A stretch of DNA of 64,000 nucleotides from an uncultured Verrucomicrobiae bacterium (GTDB lineage: Bacteria > Verrucomicrobiota > Verrucomicrobiia > Chthoniobacterales > JAFAMB01): the NCBI GenBank assembly GCA_963804425.1, contig CAWDQF010000003.1, forward strand, positions 134,722 to 198,721. The letters run 5' to 3'. The notes below the pieces were generated by a model. That model was not told where the DNA came from. It worked only from the letters and a program-made list of their open reading frames with translations, and searched no databases. This document shows positions 47,253 to 55,831 of the stretch, one piece after another; positions within the stretch are counted from its first letter, which is position 1; each line of letters begins with the position of its first letter. The position numbers and the translations under genes were made by a program.

Positions 47253-47878
47253 ACTATCTCGATCTTTCGACAAGGCTATCGCATCTGGCGGAGAGGCTCA
47301 ACAAACAGGCAACAAAGATTGAAGGGTCTGCCGTCGGAAAGTCTGCCATGAGACTGGTTACCGAACTCGAGCATTTCGATTCGGTTTTGGAGAGTTATTT
47401 AGCCAGCCGTAAGTCCGGCGAATTTTTCCTTGAGACGTTGCTGCGCTCGCCTTCCGCGAAGAAACACCTATCGCTTGAATTGCTCAAAAAGGGACTCCGG
47501 GAAATCTGTGGAAAGCGGCTGAAGGCAGAAGAATTTGGTCTAGCCAAGGCTGAATTCGTCGAGGGGGTCCATACCCAGGACAAATCTGCGGCTGCCGTGA
47601 AATTCCTAAAAAACGCGTTTGCAGAGGCCGCTTCGGTTGCGTCGGGCGGAAAGGACAAGGCCGCGCTGCAGCAGGAATTTATTCAGCTCGGTCGGTTGAA
47701 CGAAGAAGAGTTTGCCAAAGTAATCGCTAAGCGGACATTTGGAGAACTGAGACGATTGGCGGGCAGTAACGCGGTGCGTTTTACGGATAAGACGACTAAG
47801 CCACGTCTGATCCAAGTGATTCGCCGTTTTTCCGCCCGGGCAGCGATAAACGCAACTCCGATCCACCTCAGTCGATAG
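47249..47878 (+). CDS. hypothetical protein coupled to parA (ParB-position, not ParB-like)
   Basis: ATGA overlap with the parA stop. 209 aa, helical and Lys/Glu-rich. No ParB box or HTH recognised. Confidence 0.5.
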   Translation: MNYLDLSTRLSHLAERLNKQATKIEGSAVGKSAMRLVTELEHFDSVLESYLASRKSGEFFLETLLRSPSAKKHLSLELLKKGLREICGKRLKAEEFGLAKAEFVEGVHTQDKSAAAVKFLKNAFAEAASVASGGKDKAALQQEFIQLGRLNEEEFAKVIAKRTFGELRRLAGSNAVRFTDKTTKPRLIQVIRRFSARAAINATPIHLSR

Positions 47879-47886
47879 CGTCAGTC

Positions 47887-48420
47887 GTGATGCACGGCGA
47901 CCTCGACAGCATCCTCTTTGAGGAGGAAGAAATTGCGGCTCGACTCGATAGTTTAGCCGCTCAGATCACCGCTGATTATCACGGGCTGGATCTCACTGTG
48001 ATCGCGATTCTGAACGGGAGCCTTATCTTCATGGCGGACCTGCTGCGCCGGATCCCTCTCCCTCTCCAGCTGGATTGTCTCCGGGTGCGTAGCTATTACA
48101 GCGGCACGGTTTCTACCGGCCAAGTGACATTTGATCCGCAGACATTGCCCGATCTAAGGGATCGCCACGTTTTGCTTTTGGATGATATCTTGGACAGTGG
48201 GCACACGCTTGCGGCGATCATTGACACGATGCGGACTCAGGTGAAGCCGCTCAGCGTCCGCAGCTGTGTGCTTCTTCGGAAAATGAAACAGCGCGCCCGA
48301 CCGGTCGAAGCCGATTATGTCGGGTTCGATATCCAAGACGAATTTGTCGTAGGCTATGGATTGGATTATAACGAAAAGTATCGGAACTTGTCGATGATCG
48401 GCGTACTGCGACAGGAGTAA
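47887..48420 (+). CDS. hpt: hypoxanthine phosphoribosyltransferase
   Basis: VIAILNGSLIFMADLLR and the PRPP loop VLLLDDILDSGHTL, followed by YVGFDI.DEFVVGYGLDY. Confidence 0.92.
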   Translation: MMHGDLDSILFEEEEIAARLDSLAAQITADYHGLDLTVIAILNGSLIFMADLLRRIPLPLQLDCLRVRSYYSGTVSTGQVTFDPQTLPDLRDRHVLLLDDILDSGHTLAAIIDTMRTQVKPLSVRSCVLLRKMKQRARPVEADYVGFDIQDEFVVGYGLDYNEKYRNLSMIGVLRQE

Positions 48421-48659
48421 TGTTAGTTCAAATTCAGTATTTTTCCAGCTTGCGCGATTTAAATGGACCCGAGAAAGCCGAGGTAAGCGACGAGGCGTCG
48501 ATCGAAGAGTTGCTGGCCCAACTGTACGCGTCCGTTCCCGGTTTGAAAGACTGGGATAAATACCTGTTGATAGCCGTCGGCACAGAATATGTCCCGCGTG
48601 AACACCGTCTGGCACCCAACGATTTGGTATCACTCATGCCGCCGGTACAGGGCGGGTAG
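48420..48659 (+). CDS. MoaD/ThiS-family sulfur-carrier protein
   Basis: 79 aa with a beta-grasp pattern (FSSLRDL...) and a C-terminal PPVQGG di-glycine. Confidence 0.8.
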   Translation: MLVQIQYFSSLRDLNGPEKAEVSDEASIEELLAQLYASVPGLKDWDKYLLIAVGTEYVPREHRLAPNDLVSLMPPVQGG

Positions 48660-48710
48660 GCGGTGATGAATAGCAAGTTTGGCTATCGGCGATTGGCTAT
48701 TTCGTTCTTC

Positions 48711-49801
48711 ATGAGAATCGTTGTTTTGGGAGCAGGAATCGTTGGCGCGAGCACGGCCTTTCATTTGACTCAACTCGGCGCTGAAGTCTATCTCATCGAT
48801 CGGGACGCTCCCGGACGCGCAACTTTGGCCGGCGCCGGAATTATCTGTCCTTGGGTTTCACGGATCCAGGATCCGCGCTACGAAGCGCTTTCCTTCACTG
48901 CGGCGAGGTCCGGAGCTGGTGGTCAAGCTACCCGGATCCGGCGAAACTGAGACTGATTATGAGGTGGTTGGCGGTTTGGTCGTCGGACAATCCGATGGAC
49001 AACTCGACGCTTTCGTCGAGCGGTTAGAATTGCTTCTTGACCGCGGACTGAAGGAGATTGGAGAGGTTCGGTTTCTTGGCTCCGGCGGTTCGGGGAGCTG
49101 TTCCCTTGCCTTAATCCCGGGTTGGCTGGCGTTTTCTTGAGCGGGGCCGCCCGGGTCTCGGGCGAAATGTTTCGGGCGGCGTCGCTGTGCCAGGCCGCCA
49201 TCAGGGCCGGCACTATACGGCTGTTGGGGGCGGCCGTTCTCGCAGCTTCCGGAGACGCTGTTGTCGGCGTTCGCATGGCCGGCGAATTATCCCCAGCGAT
49301 ACGGTAGTGGTCGCGGCGGGTGCCTGGTCGACTGAACTATGCAGACCACTCGGGCTAGAGTTGGCTCTCGAACCCCAGCGAGGACAGATCATGCATCTGC
49401 GCTTGCCCGGAGCGGACACTGGAACACTACCGATCGTCCTACCTGCTTTGAGTGACTATTACCTGATTGGCTTCCCTGATTCACGAATCGTTATCGGTGC
49501 GACGCAGGAGAGTGAAGCTGGTTTTGACTTCCGAATCACTGCCGGCGGAGTAGCCGAAGTCCTCCAAGAAGGGTTGCGTGTCGCACCAGGTTTAAAAGAA
49601 GCAACCCTAGCCGAAATTCGGGTCGGGTTCCGGCCGCTCAGCAAAGATGGGTTACCATTGCTGGGTCGCGTCCCCTCGATTTCCGGTCTCGTCATTGCGA
49701 CCGGGCTCGGTCCGCACGGTTTGACGGTCGGACCTTATGTCGGGTCCTTGGCCGCCCAGCTAGCGGTAGGGTCCCCCTGCGCACGAATTGACCGGGTTTG
49801 A
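48711..49801 (+). pseudogene. FAD-dependent oxidoreductase (DAO/ThiO-like), multiply frameshifted
   Basis: The Rossmann start MRIVVLGAGIVGAS is in one frame. Homologous-looking continuations appear in ORFs 48919-49140, 49122-49307 and 49187-49801 in other frames (VVVAAGAWS..., GLVIATGLGPHGLT). Confidence 0.8.
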
Positions 49802-49895
49802 ACCCGACAGATCAATCTAGCCAGTGTTTCTGAGGACCGGAGACCCCCTGTCACCCTAGCAACGAATGAGAAACAAGCCTGCGTCATTTCTCGTC

Positions 49896-50246
49896 TTATT
49901 CGGACGGTTGACCGAAAAAGCCGCGGATGCGGCGTAAGCGTCCATCGGTCTCTATTTCGGCAAAAGACGCGCCCTTCATCTCGGTTTCACGAACACCGTT
50001 TTGCATCGTCCAAAGAGCGAGGCAGCTATCGTGATGCGCGATTACTTCGGAAATGACGAAGTGCCGACCTGGATAGCCCGTTTGAAAACTCTCCATATAA
50101 TCGGAGATTTCTGCGTAGCCCGACGTTTCCGTCAGCGGATCGGCATATTGAATATCTGGGGTCAGACGCTTTTCTAAGATCTTGTGTCTGGCGGCTCTAT
50201 CTGGATTTGACCATGCTGCCGCATACTCATTCCACAATTCCTTCAT
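49896..50246 (-). CDS. NTF2-like (SnoaL-type) protein
   Basis: Size and pattern fit (MKELWNEYAAAWSNPD...). ATGA overlap with the upstream TetR gene. Confidence 0.65.
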   Translation of the reverse strand: MKELWNEYAAAWSNPDRAARHKILEKRLTPDIQYADPLTETSGYAEISDYMESFQTGYPGRHFVISEVIAHHDSCLALWTMQNGVRETEMKGASFAEIETDGRLRRIRGFFGQPSE

Positions 50247-50854
50247 GGTTTTCTTTTCGTTTTGGCTGGTTTTTGCTCGCATGAAATGGATCCGATGGTC
50301 ATGCGCACTGTCTCATTCAAAATTCGCGCCGGAGTGCCGTTCCGCACCCGAACAAGCAGGCCCTGATACGCGGATAGCAAGAACTCTGCGGCTGCCTCGG
50401 GCGAACGGTCGGGCGGTGCGAGGTTTTGTGTCTGAGCGCGCCGCACCTCTAAAGCGAATGCGTCGCGCAGGATAGAGAAACCTTCCTCTATTTTTTTCTG
50501 GATCTCGGGATCGTCGGCTCCAATTTCCGCGGCAGTGTTCGTTAGCAGGCAACCGGCGTTTGGTATGCCTTCTATTTCGTAGGTCGAGGTGAAAAATTTC
50601 GTGAGTTCCCGAATTGGGTGGATCCCTTTTAAGTATGTCTGAATTCGGTGACGCACAACGCACGTATGATAGGCGTCCAAGGCTCTGAGAAAGACGCTCT
50701 TCTTATTGCCGAAGGCGTTGTAAAGGCTACCTGCTTGCAAACCGGTCGCCAACTCCAGATCTTTTAAGGACGTAGCAGCGAATCCGAGCCGTCGAAACAA
50801 GTGAGCGGTCCCGACTAGAATTTTGGCTTCGTCGAAGCTGCGAGCTCGTCCCAT
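50243..50854 (-). CDS. TetR/AcrR family transcriptional regulator
   Basis: N-terminal HTH (AHLFRRLGFAATSLKDLELATGLQAGSLYNAFGNKKSVF). Confidence 0.88.
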   Translation of the reverse strand: MGRARSFDEAKILVGTAHLFRRLGFAATSLKDLELATGLQAGSLYNAFGNKKSVFLRALDAYHTCVVRHRIQTYLKGIHPIRELTKFFTSTYEIEGIPNAGCLLTNTAAEIGADDPEIQKKIEEGFSILRDAFALEVRRAQTQNLAPPDRSPEAAAEFLLSAYQGLLVRVRNGTPARILNETVRMTIGSISCEQKPAKTKRKP

Positions 50855-50879
50855 GTTCGACGAGCATAGGGTATTTTAT

Positions 50880-50891
50880 TTGATCGATCAA
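50880..50891. promoter_or_regulatory. 12-bp perfect palindrome TTGATCGATCAA (candidate TetR operator)
   Basis: Lies 26 nt upstream of the TetR start, flanked by partly symmetric AT-rich arms. Confidence 0.4.
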
Positions 50892-51108
50892 TAAAAAATA
50901 ATTGCAACGAACATCAAGTCGCGAGCAGCAGTCCGAAAGACCCTGTGCAGGAATAGACCTGCCTCTTCCGTTGCAGGAAGTTAACGGATCTGTTCCCCGC
51001 TTCACTGCCGAGCTCCCTTGCGATGGCATCCGCTACTAGCCGCGGGCTTCACCACGGCGCCCGCCCCGGAGAAGCAGCTCGTTGTAATTCGTAAAGCGAT
51101 GCGGGTCG

Positions 51109-51285
51109 CTAAGATTTTGTGTCTGGAATTGGAGTTTTGACGCCGTTATCCACGTTGACCAAAATGACGTGTGTGTGGAACACCTGAACGTTCCGGACCG
51201 GGTCGAGCGACCAGACTTGGACTTTACAGGGAGTGTTTCGTTCAGGACGAACCAAGAGCAAACGCCCGTATTGTTTGCCGATCAT
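51109..51285 (-). CDS. possible 58-aa small protein downstream of yajQ
   Basis: ATG-initiated ORF (MIGKQYGRLLLVRPERNTPCKVQVWSLDPV...), just below the ORF-track size cutoff. No family recognised. Confidence 0.25.
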   Translation of the reverse strand: MIGKQYGRLLLVRPERNTPCKVQVWSLDPVRNVQVFHTHVILVNVDNGVKTPIPDTKS

Positions 51286-51310
51286 TCGATGGAAATCGCC
51301 GGGCCCGAAA

Positions 51311-51799
51311 TTATTCGCGAAAGTTCTTGAACGAGAGAGCTACACCGAAGTCCTTCCCGCGGAGGAATTGAATAACAGCTTGTAAGTCGTCGCGCTTTTT
51401 CGCGGTCACTCTCACTTGCTGATCCTGTAGTTGGCTTTGCACTTTCAAGTCGAGCCCTTTGATCGCCTTGATGATTTCCTTCGCCTTATCGCCTTCTAAT
51501 CCTTGTTTGATCCGGAGCTCTTGGCGCGCATGACCGAGCGGCGAAATTGCGGGATCTTTCCGTTCCACATTGCGGAGATCGACGTTCCGTTTAGCCAATT
51601 TACCGATCAAGATTTCGTGCAGAGCCTTTAGACGACTTGCGTCTTCGGCTTTCAATTCAATCAGATCCGGTGCGGATAATTCGATGGTGGCTTGGCTTTC
51701 CTTGAAGTCAAAGCGAGTACTTAGCTCTTTTCTTGCCTGATTCAGAGCGTTGTCGATCTCTTGTTTATCAACCTCCGAGACGATATCGAATGAAGGCAT
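51311..51799 (-). CDS. yajQ: YajQ-family nucleotide (c-di-GMP)-binding protein
   Basis: MPSFDIVSEVDKQEIDNALNQARKELSTRFDFK is the canonical YajQ N-terminus. 162 aa. Confidence 0.92.
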   Translation of the reverse strand: MPSFDIVSEVDKQEIDNALNQARKELSTRFDFKESQATIELSAPDLIELKAEDASRLKALHEILIGKLAKRNVDLRNVERKDPAISPLGHARQELRIKQGLEGDKAKEIIKAIKGLDLKVQSQLQDQQVRVTAKKRDDLQAVIQFLRGKDFGVALSFKNFRE

Positions 51800-51819
51800 A
51801 TTTCCTCCTTACGGGCAGC

Positions 51820-52794
51820 TCAGGGCGTTTGCAATAGTTGTTCTTGCACGAACGCGCCAATCTGGATGGGGTGTGGCCGGGCAGAGGGGGCCGATTGGGC
51901 TGCTCGGTCGTCCAATTCTCGGACCTGGCAAATTTGGTTGTTTTGCCAGATCCAGGCATCTTGGCGATACGGACCGACCTGTTTCGGATCGCTCCAAAAA
52001 TGGATGGATAAAAGCTGTCGGGAAATCGCTGCGGCTAGGTGCATTGGACCGCTGTCCACACTGATTACGAAACTAGCCCGGCGTAACAGCCAGATCAGTT
52101 GAAGCAAATCGGTCTGGTTCACCAGGGATGCGGCATTCCGAGAAAAACGAAAATCGGTTTCCGTCTTTCCGACAACGATGACTGCGAGCGGCGCGAGCGC
52201 GCGCGTTAGTTCATAGATCTCGGACGCCGTGAGTGATTTGTTAGTTCCGCGCGAGAACGGGTGTAACACCACGAAGCGGTCTGGTAATTCAAATTCCGGA
52301 ATCTCCCGTCCGTCGGGTAGTCCGAAATGCGGCTTTTCCGGCATGACGGCCCCGGCTAGAGCGGCCAGCCTTAGGTAACGCTCAACCGAATGCTGCTGCG
52401 AATCAACCTGGGCAGTCTGTTGGTAGAAAAAACGCGCTCCTTCTCGAGCGTCAGATAATCCTAGAAGCATCTTCCCGCGCGTGCTGCGGGCAATCCAAGC
52501 GCTCCGCAAAAGACCCTGAAAATCCAACACGAGATCTGGTTGGTATCGGCTCAGCTGCCGACACCAATTCAAAAATCTAGGCGCACCGGCCAAACCTCGA
52601 AAACTTTGGCGCGGAAAAGGAATAACCTCAGTGAGGTCAGGATTTCCCAGCAAAAGAGGGCTCCATTCGCTACTAACTATCCAATAGAATTGGCTGTTCG
52701 GAAGACCCTGTCGGAGGGCGCGGAGAGAGGGAAGAGTGTGGACGATATCACCGAGCGAGCTTGGTTTGACCAGGAAGACCGTTTTTGCCCTCAT
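51820..52794 (-). CDS. glycosyltransferase family 9 (heptosyltransferase-like)
   Basis: KPSSLGDIVHTLP start and the C-terminal SVDSGPMHLAAA motif. Confidence 0.85.
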   Translation of the reverse strand: MRAKTVFLVKPSSLGDIVHTLPSLRALRQGLPNSQFYWIVSSEWSPLLLGNPDLTEVIPFPRQSFRGLAGAPRFLNWCRQLSRYQPDLVLDFQGLLRSAWIARSTRGKMLLGLSDAREGARFFYQQTAQVDSQQHSVERYLRLAALAGAVMPEKPHFGLPDGREIPEFELPDRFVVLHPFSRGTNKSLTASEIYELTRALAPLAVIVVGKTETDFRFSRNAASLVNQTDLLQLIWLLRRASFVISVDSGPMHLAAAISRQLLSIHFWSDPKQVGPYRQDAWIWQNNQICQVRELDDRAAQSAPSARPHPIQIGAFVQEQLLQTP

Positions 52795-53513
52795 CGGCCA
52801 TGGAACAAACGCTCAGCTAATTTCGATGGCAAACCCGCATTGACGATCTTCGATTTTGCCGATGCGATGTCATACCGGACCCGCCGCAACCGCACCTTCT
52901 TTTCATCGTAATCAAAGATGGCGTACGCGGCTCGCCAATCTCCGTCGCGGGGCTGCCCCACGCTTCCAACGTTGATAAAGTATTTTCTATGCGGTTCGAT
53001 GATCACCTCCTCGAGCGGAAGTCCGACCACCGAACCATCGCGAATGTAGAGACGCGGCGCATGCGTGTGGCCAAAGAAACATACCTGTGCCTTCTGTTTA
53101 GAAAAACTCGCGGCCGCATCGAGTTGATTGAGCACATACCCCCATTCGCCGGGGCCGTCGAGCGTGGCATGCACAATCGTGAAAGACTCCACTTCATAGA
53201 CCAGCGGTAAATCGCGCAAAAAAGTCTTTTCCTCTTCGCTAAGTTTGTCTCGCGTCCAGCGAATCGCGGATTCAGCCAGAGGATTGAAGTTGTCCAATGA
53301 ATTCAAACTAGATGCGTAATCGTCGTGGTTGCCCTTTACGATCGGGCAATTCAGCTCGCGCACCTTATCCAGGCAAGCATTCGGATCGGCGTTGTAACCT
53401 ACAATGTCACCAAGGCAGATGTTTCGGTCGCACCCCTCTTCCCTTGCATCCGCGAGTACGGCGTCAAACGCCTCCAGGTTAGCGTGAATATCGCCGAAGA
53501 TGGCAAACCGCAT
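52791..53513 (-). CDS. metallophosphoesterase family protein
   Basis: MRFAIFGDIHAN, GDIVGY, GNHD and GHTH motifs. Start moved to ATG 53513. Confidence 0.85.
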   Translation of the reverse strand: MRFAIFGDIHANLEAFDAVLADAREEGCDRNICLGDIVGYNADPNACLDKVRELNCPIVKGNHDDYASSLNSLDNFNPLAESAIRWTRDKLSEEEKTFLRDLPLVYEVESFTIVHATLDGPGEWGYVLNQLDAAASFSKQKAQVCFFGHTHAPRLYIRDGSVVGLPLEEVIIEPHRKYFINVGSVGQPRDGDWRAAYAIFDYDEKKVRLRRVRYDIASAKSKIVNAGLPSKLAERLFHGR

Positions 53514-53782
53514 TTCCCGTTGAATATGAGTCTGAATTTTCGGGCCGTCTAGAAATTTGAGACTGTTCGCGATAACCAGTGGCCATCCTCGCGCGCCGCC
53601 GATCGCAGAATCCGACCTCGCCGAGTGCGCGGACATCAAACATGGCTTATCGAAAGGCGGTGTCAGACAGGCCGCCTTCGCGGGCTACGGCGCGCCCTCG
53701 TTTTTGAAGATCCGCGAATTGTGGGACGTGGCAGCGACGTAGCCTTTGCGCAGTCGGGCTGCGATCCTCCCCCGGCCTTCCT

Positions 53783-54064
53783 TTATCTTCGGATCTCGAA
53801 TCCGCGTAGCGATTCGATTGGTTCGATAATTTGGATCGAGTGACGCTGGATATGGGGCCGGAGGTAGCTCTGAAAAATTGCTTCTAAGAACTGCTCGACT
53901 TCTTCTGGGGTGCCCTGCGCTTCCAGTTGGACCCTGCCGTCCGGAAGGTTCGCTACCCAGCCGACGACATCAAACCCATGGGCGATCTCCTTGACCGAAA
54001 AGCGGAACCCGACTCCTTGGACGCGACCCTCGAAAAAAGCGCGCTTGGCCGCTAGCGGTTTCAT
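53783..54064 (-). CDS. acyP: acylphosphatase
   Basis: GRVQGVGFR and GWV.N..DG.V motifs. 93 aa. Confidence 0.9.
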   Translation of the reverse strand: MKPLAAKRAFFEGRVQGVGFRFSVKEIAHGFDVVGWVANLPDGRVQLEAQGTPEEVEQFLEAIFQSYLRPHIQRHSIQIIEPIESLRGFEIRR

Positions 54065-54187
54065 TCCCGAACTCAGGTGTTAGGCAGATTTTGGGAGAAA
54101 TTTTCGTCATCGTCCTCGGATGAAATAGCCACTAGCTGATCACGATAGCCAAAATTTGCTATTGGCTATTGCAATCGGTCAGCACGC

Positions 54188-54565
54188 TCAGCGCTTCCAC
54201 TCTAACGCCCCTTTTTTAATGGCGTAGATAAATCCAACCATCAAAATCGCAATGAAGCCGACCATGCTGCCGAGAATGGAAAGAGCCCCGTATTTCGCGA
54301 TAAAGTCCCGATAGACGACCGCCCAGGGGTACATGAACACAATCTCGATATCGAAAAGGATAAAGAGCATCGCGACAAGGTAAAATTTAACGCTGAATCG
54401 AGCCTGAGGCCCTCCCTGCGCCACCATGCCACATTCGTACGGCGTGTCTTTTACCGGATTTCGCTTTCCGGCACGGCCAACCACCACGCTCATTAAGAGC
54501 GCCACTCCAGCGAAACCGATTGCCACGATTACCTGGAGTAGTACCGGAAGATAATCTTGCGCCAT
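54188..54565 (-). CDS. nuoA: NADH-quinone oxidoreductase subunit A
   Basis: Three TM helices, PYECG, and FDIEIVFMYPWA. Confidence 0.9.
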   Translation of the reverse strand: MAQDYLPVLLQVIVAIGFAGVALLMSVVVGRAGKRNPVKDTPYECGMVAQGGPQARFSVKFYLVAMLFILFDIEIVFMYPWAVVYRDFIAKYGALSILGSMVGFIAILMVGFIYAIKKGALEWKR

Positions 54566-54573
54566 ACGACGCG

Positions 54574-54897
54574 TTACGGTTTCGACGCCGCCATAGCCGC
54601 GACCTGTGCGGCGTTCGCCGCTGCCATGGCCGCCAGTGCCCCGGAATCTCCCTTGTAAATCTTGCCGTTCTTTTTTACTACTCCACGGGCTACCAGATTC
54701 TGCAATTTCTCGTAGGCTCGCAGCCGAAGCATCTCCTCGCCGCCGCTCGCAGCATTCCTCTGACGCAAGTTTTCATGAACGATTGCGAAGAGCTGCTTGA
54801 ACTCAAAAGACTTCTTCTGAGAAAGTACAGAAACGAGTTCTTCCGTGACGAGATCGGGCAGACGACGAGAAAAGGCGTTTTTCTTCTGAATAGCCAT
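54574..54897 (-). CDS. hypothetical protein upstream of nuoA
   Basis: ORF ending 9 nt before nuoA, with an Ala-rich tail. Start set at MAIQKKN. No family recognised. Confidence 0.45.
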   Translation of the reverse strand: MAIQKKNAFSRRLPDLVTEELVSVLSQKKSFEFKQLFAIVHENLRQRNAASGGEEMLRLRAYEKLQNLVARGVVKKNGKIYKGDSGALAAMAAANAAQVAAMAASKP

Positions 54898-55262
54898 AGG
54901 GACAGAAAGTATAGCATAAAACAGTCCGAACACGAATGGATTTCCGCCGATTTACATTAAATTACCCCTTAAAAATCGGTTAACCTACTCTCGCTTAACA
55001 TGGTTTAGGCTTGTTTTGGGAATGGATTCAGAACTTTGGAGTCGGAACGAGGAACTCAGGATACCAAAGCCGCCGGCAGGGCGCCATCGTTTCGTTTTTG
55101 AGCCCTGACCGCAGACAAATCGCCTGGGCTTCTTTCCGCGGCGAGGACGAGTGCGGTTTCCTTTATCAAAGCGACTGTTTTCGTGGCGGAGCAAAGTCGG
55201 CTGAAAGAGGCAAGCAGAAACAGAGAAAATTACGCGAATTTCATTGACCAGATCGGCGCAAA

Positions 55263-55300
55263 GTGGGTAGAAGTGGGGCGTTGTGGTTTAAAGTGGTTTA
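55263..55300 (+). promoter_or_regulatory. four direct GTGG(G/T) boxes at exact 10-bp spacing (MraZ operator array)
   Basis: GTGGGTAGAA GTGGGGCGTT GTGGTTTAAA GTGGTTTATT at 55263/55273/55283/55293, 18 nt upstream of mraZ. A possible -35 TTGACC is at 55244. Confidence 0.6.
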
Positions 55301-55317
55301 TTCAACCATGATTTCCC

Positions 55318-55773
55318 ATGGAAATACCTCACCAAGGTTTGCCAATTTTTGCCGGCGAATTCCGGCACGCGATGGACGCGAAAAATCGCGTCACTATCCC
55401 TGCGCGGTGGCGTCGTGGCGAGGTGGACGAGTTCTTTGCCATACCTGACCTCGAGAACGGCTTTTTGATGATGATGCCTCCTGAGGTGATGCAAGAGGTG
55501 GCAGGACGTGTTGAGGCGGACTCGAGGCTTAGCGCGCAAGAAAGGCGACGTTTTATTCGTCAGTTCTATTCCCGAGCCCAACACCTCACGACCGACAAGC
55601 AGGGCCGTCTTGTCCTCCCAGAAGAGCACTGTCGCCCTCTCAAACTCAGACAAGAGGTGGTGTTAGTCGGAGGACATTCACGATTTGAGGTATGGAATCC
55701 TGATTCCTGGAAGAAGGCGTACGACGAAGAGACGCCGACCTTTCAACACATCCTTGGGATGATGGGTGTGTAA
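55318..55773 (+). CDS. mraZ: transcriptional regulator MraZ
   Basis: F.GEF.H..D.KNRV.IPA.WR and a second SpoVT/AbrB-like repeat (DKQGRLVLPEEH). First gene of the dcw cluster. Confidence 0.92.
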   Translation: MEIPHQGLPIFAGEFRHAMDAKNRVTIPARWRRGEVDEFFAIPDLENGFLMMMPPEVMQEVAGRVEADSRLSAQERRRFIRQFYSRAQHLTTDKQGRLVLPEEHCRPLKLRQEVVLVGGHSRFEVWNPDSWKKAYDEETPTFQHILGMMGV

Positions 55774-55831
55774 TGCCGATCCGAATTGGCCTATCCAACA
55801 AAAATTCAATTGCCGAGTGAGAGAGGAAGAG

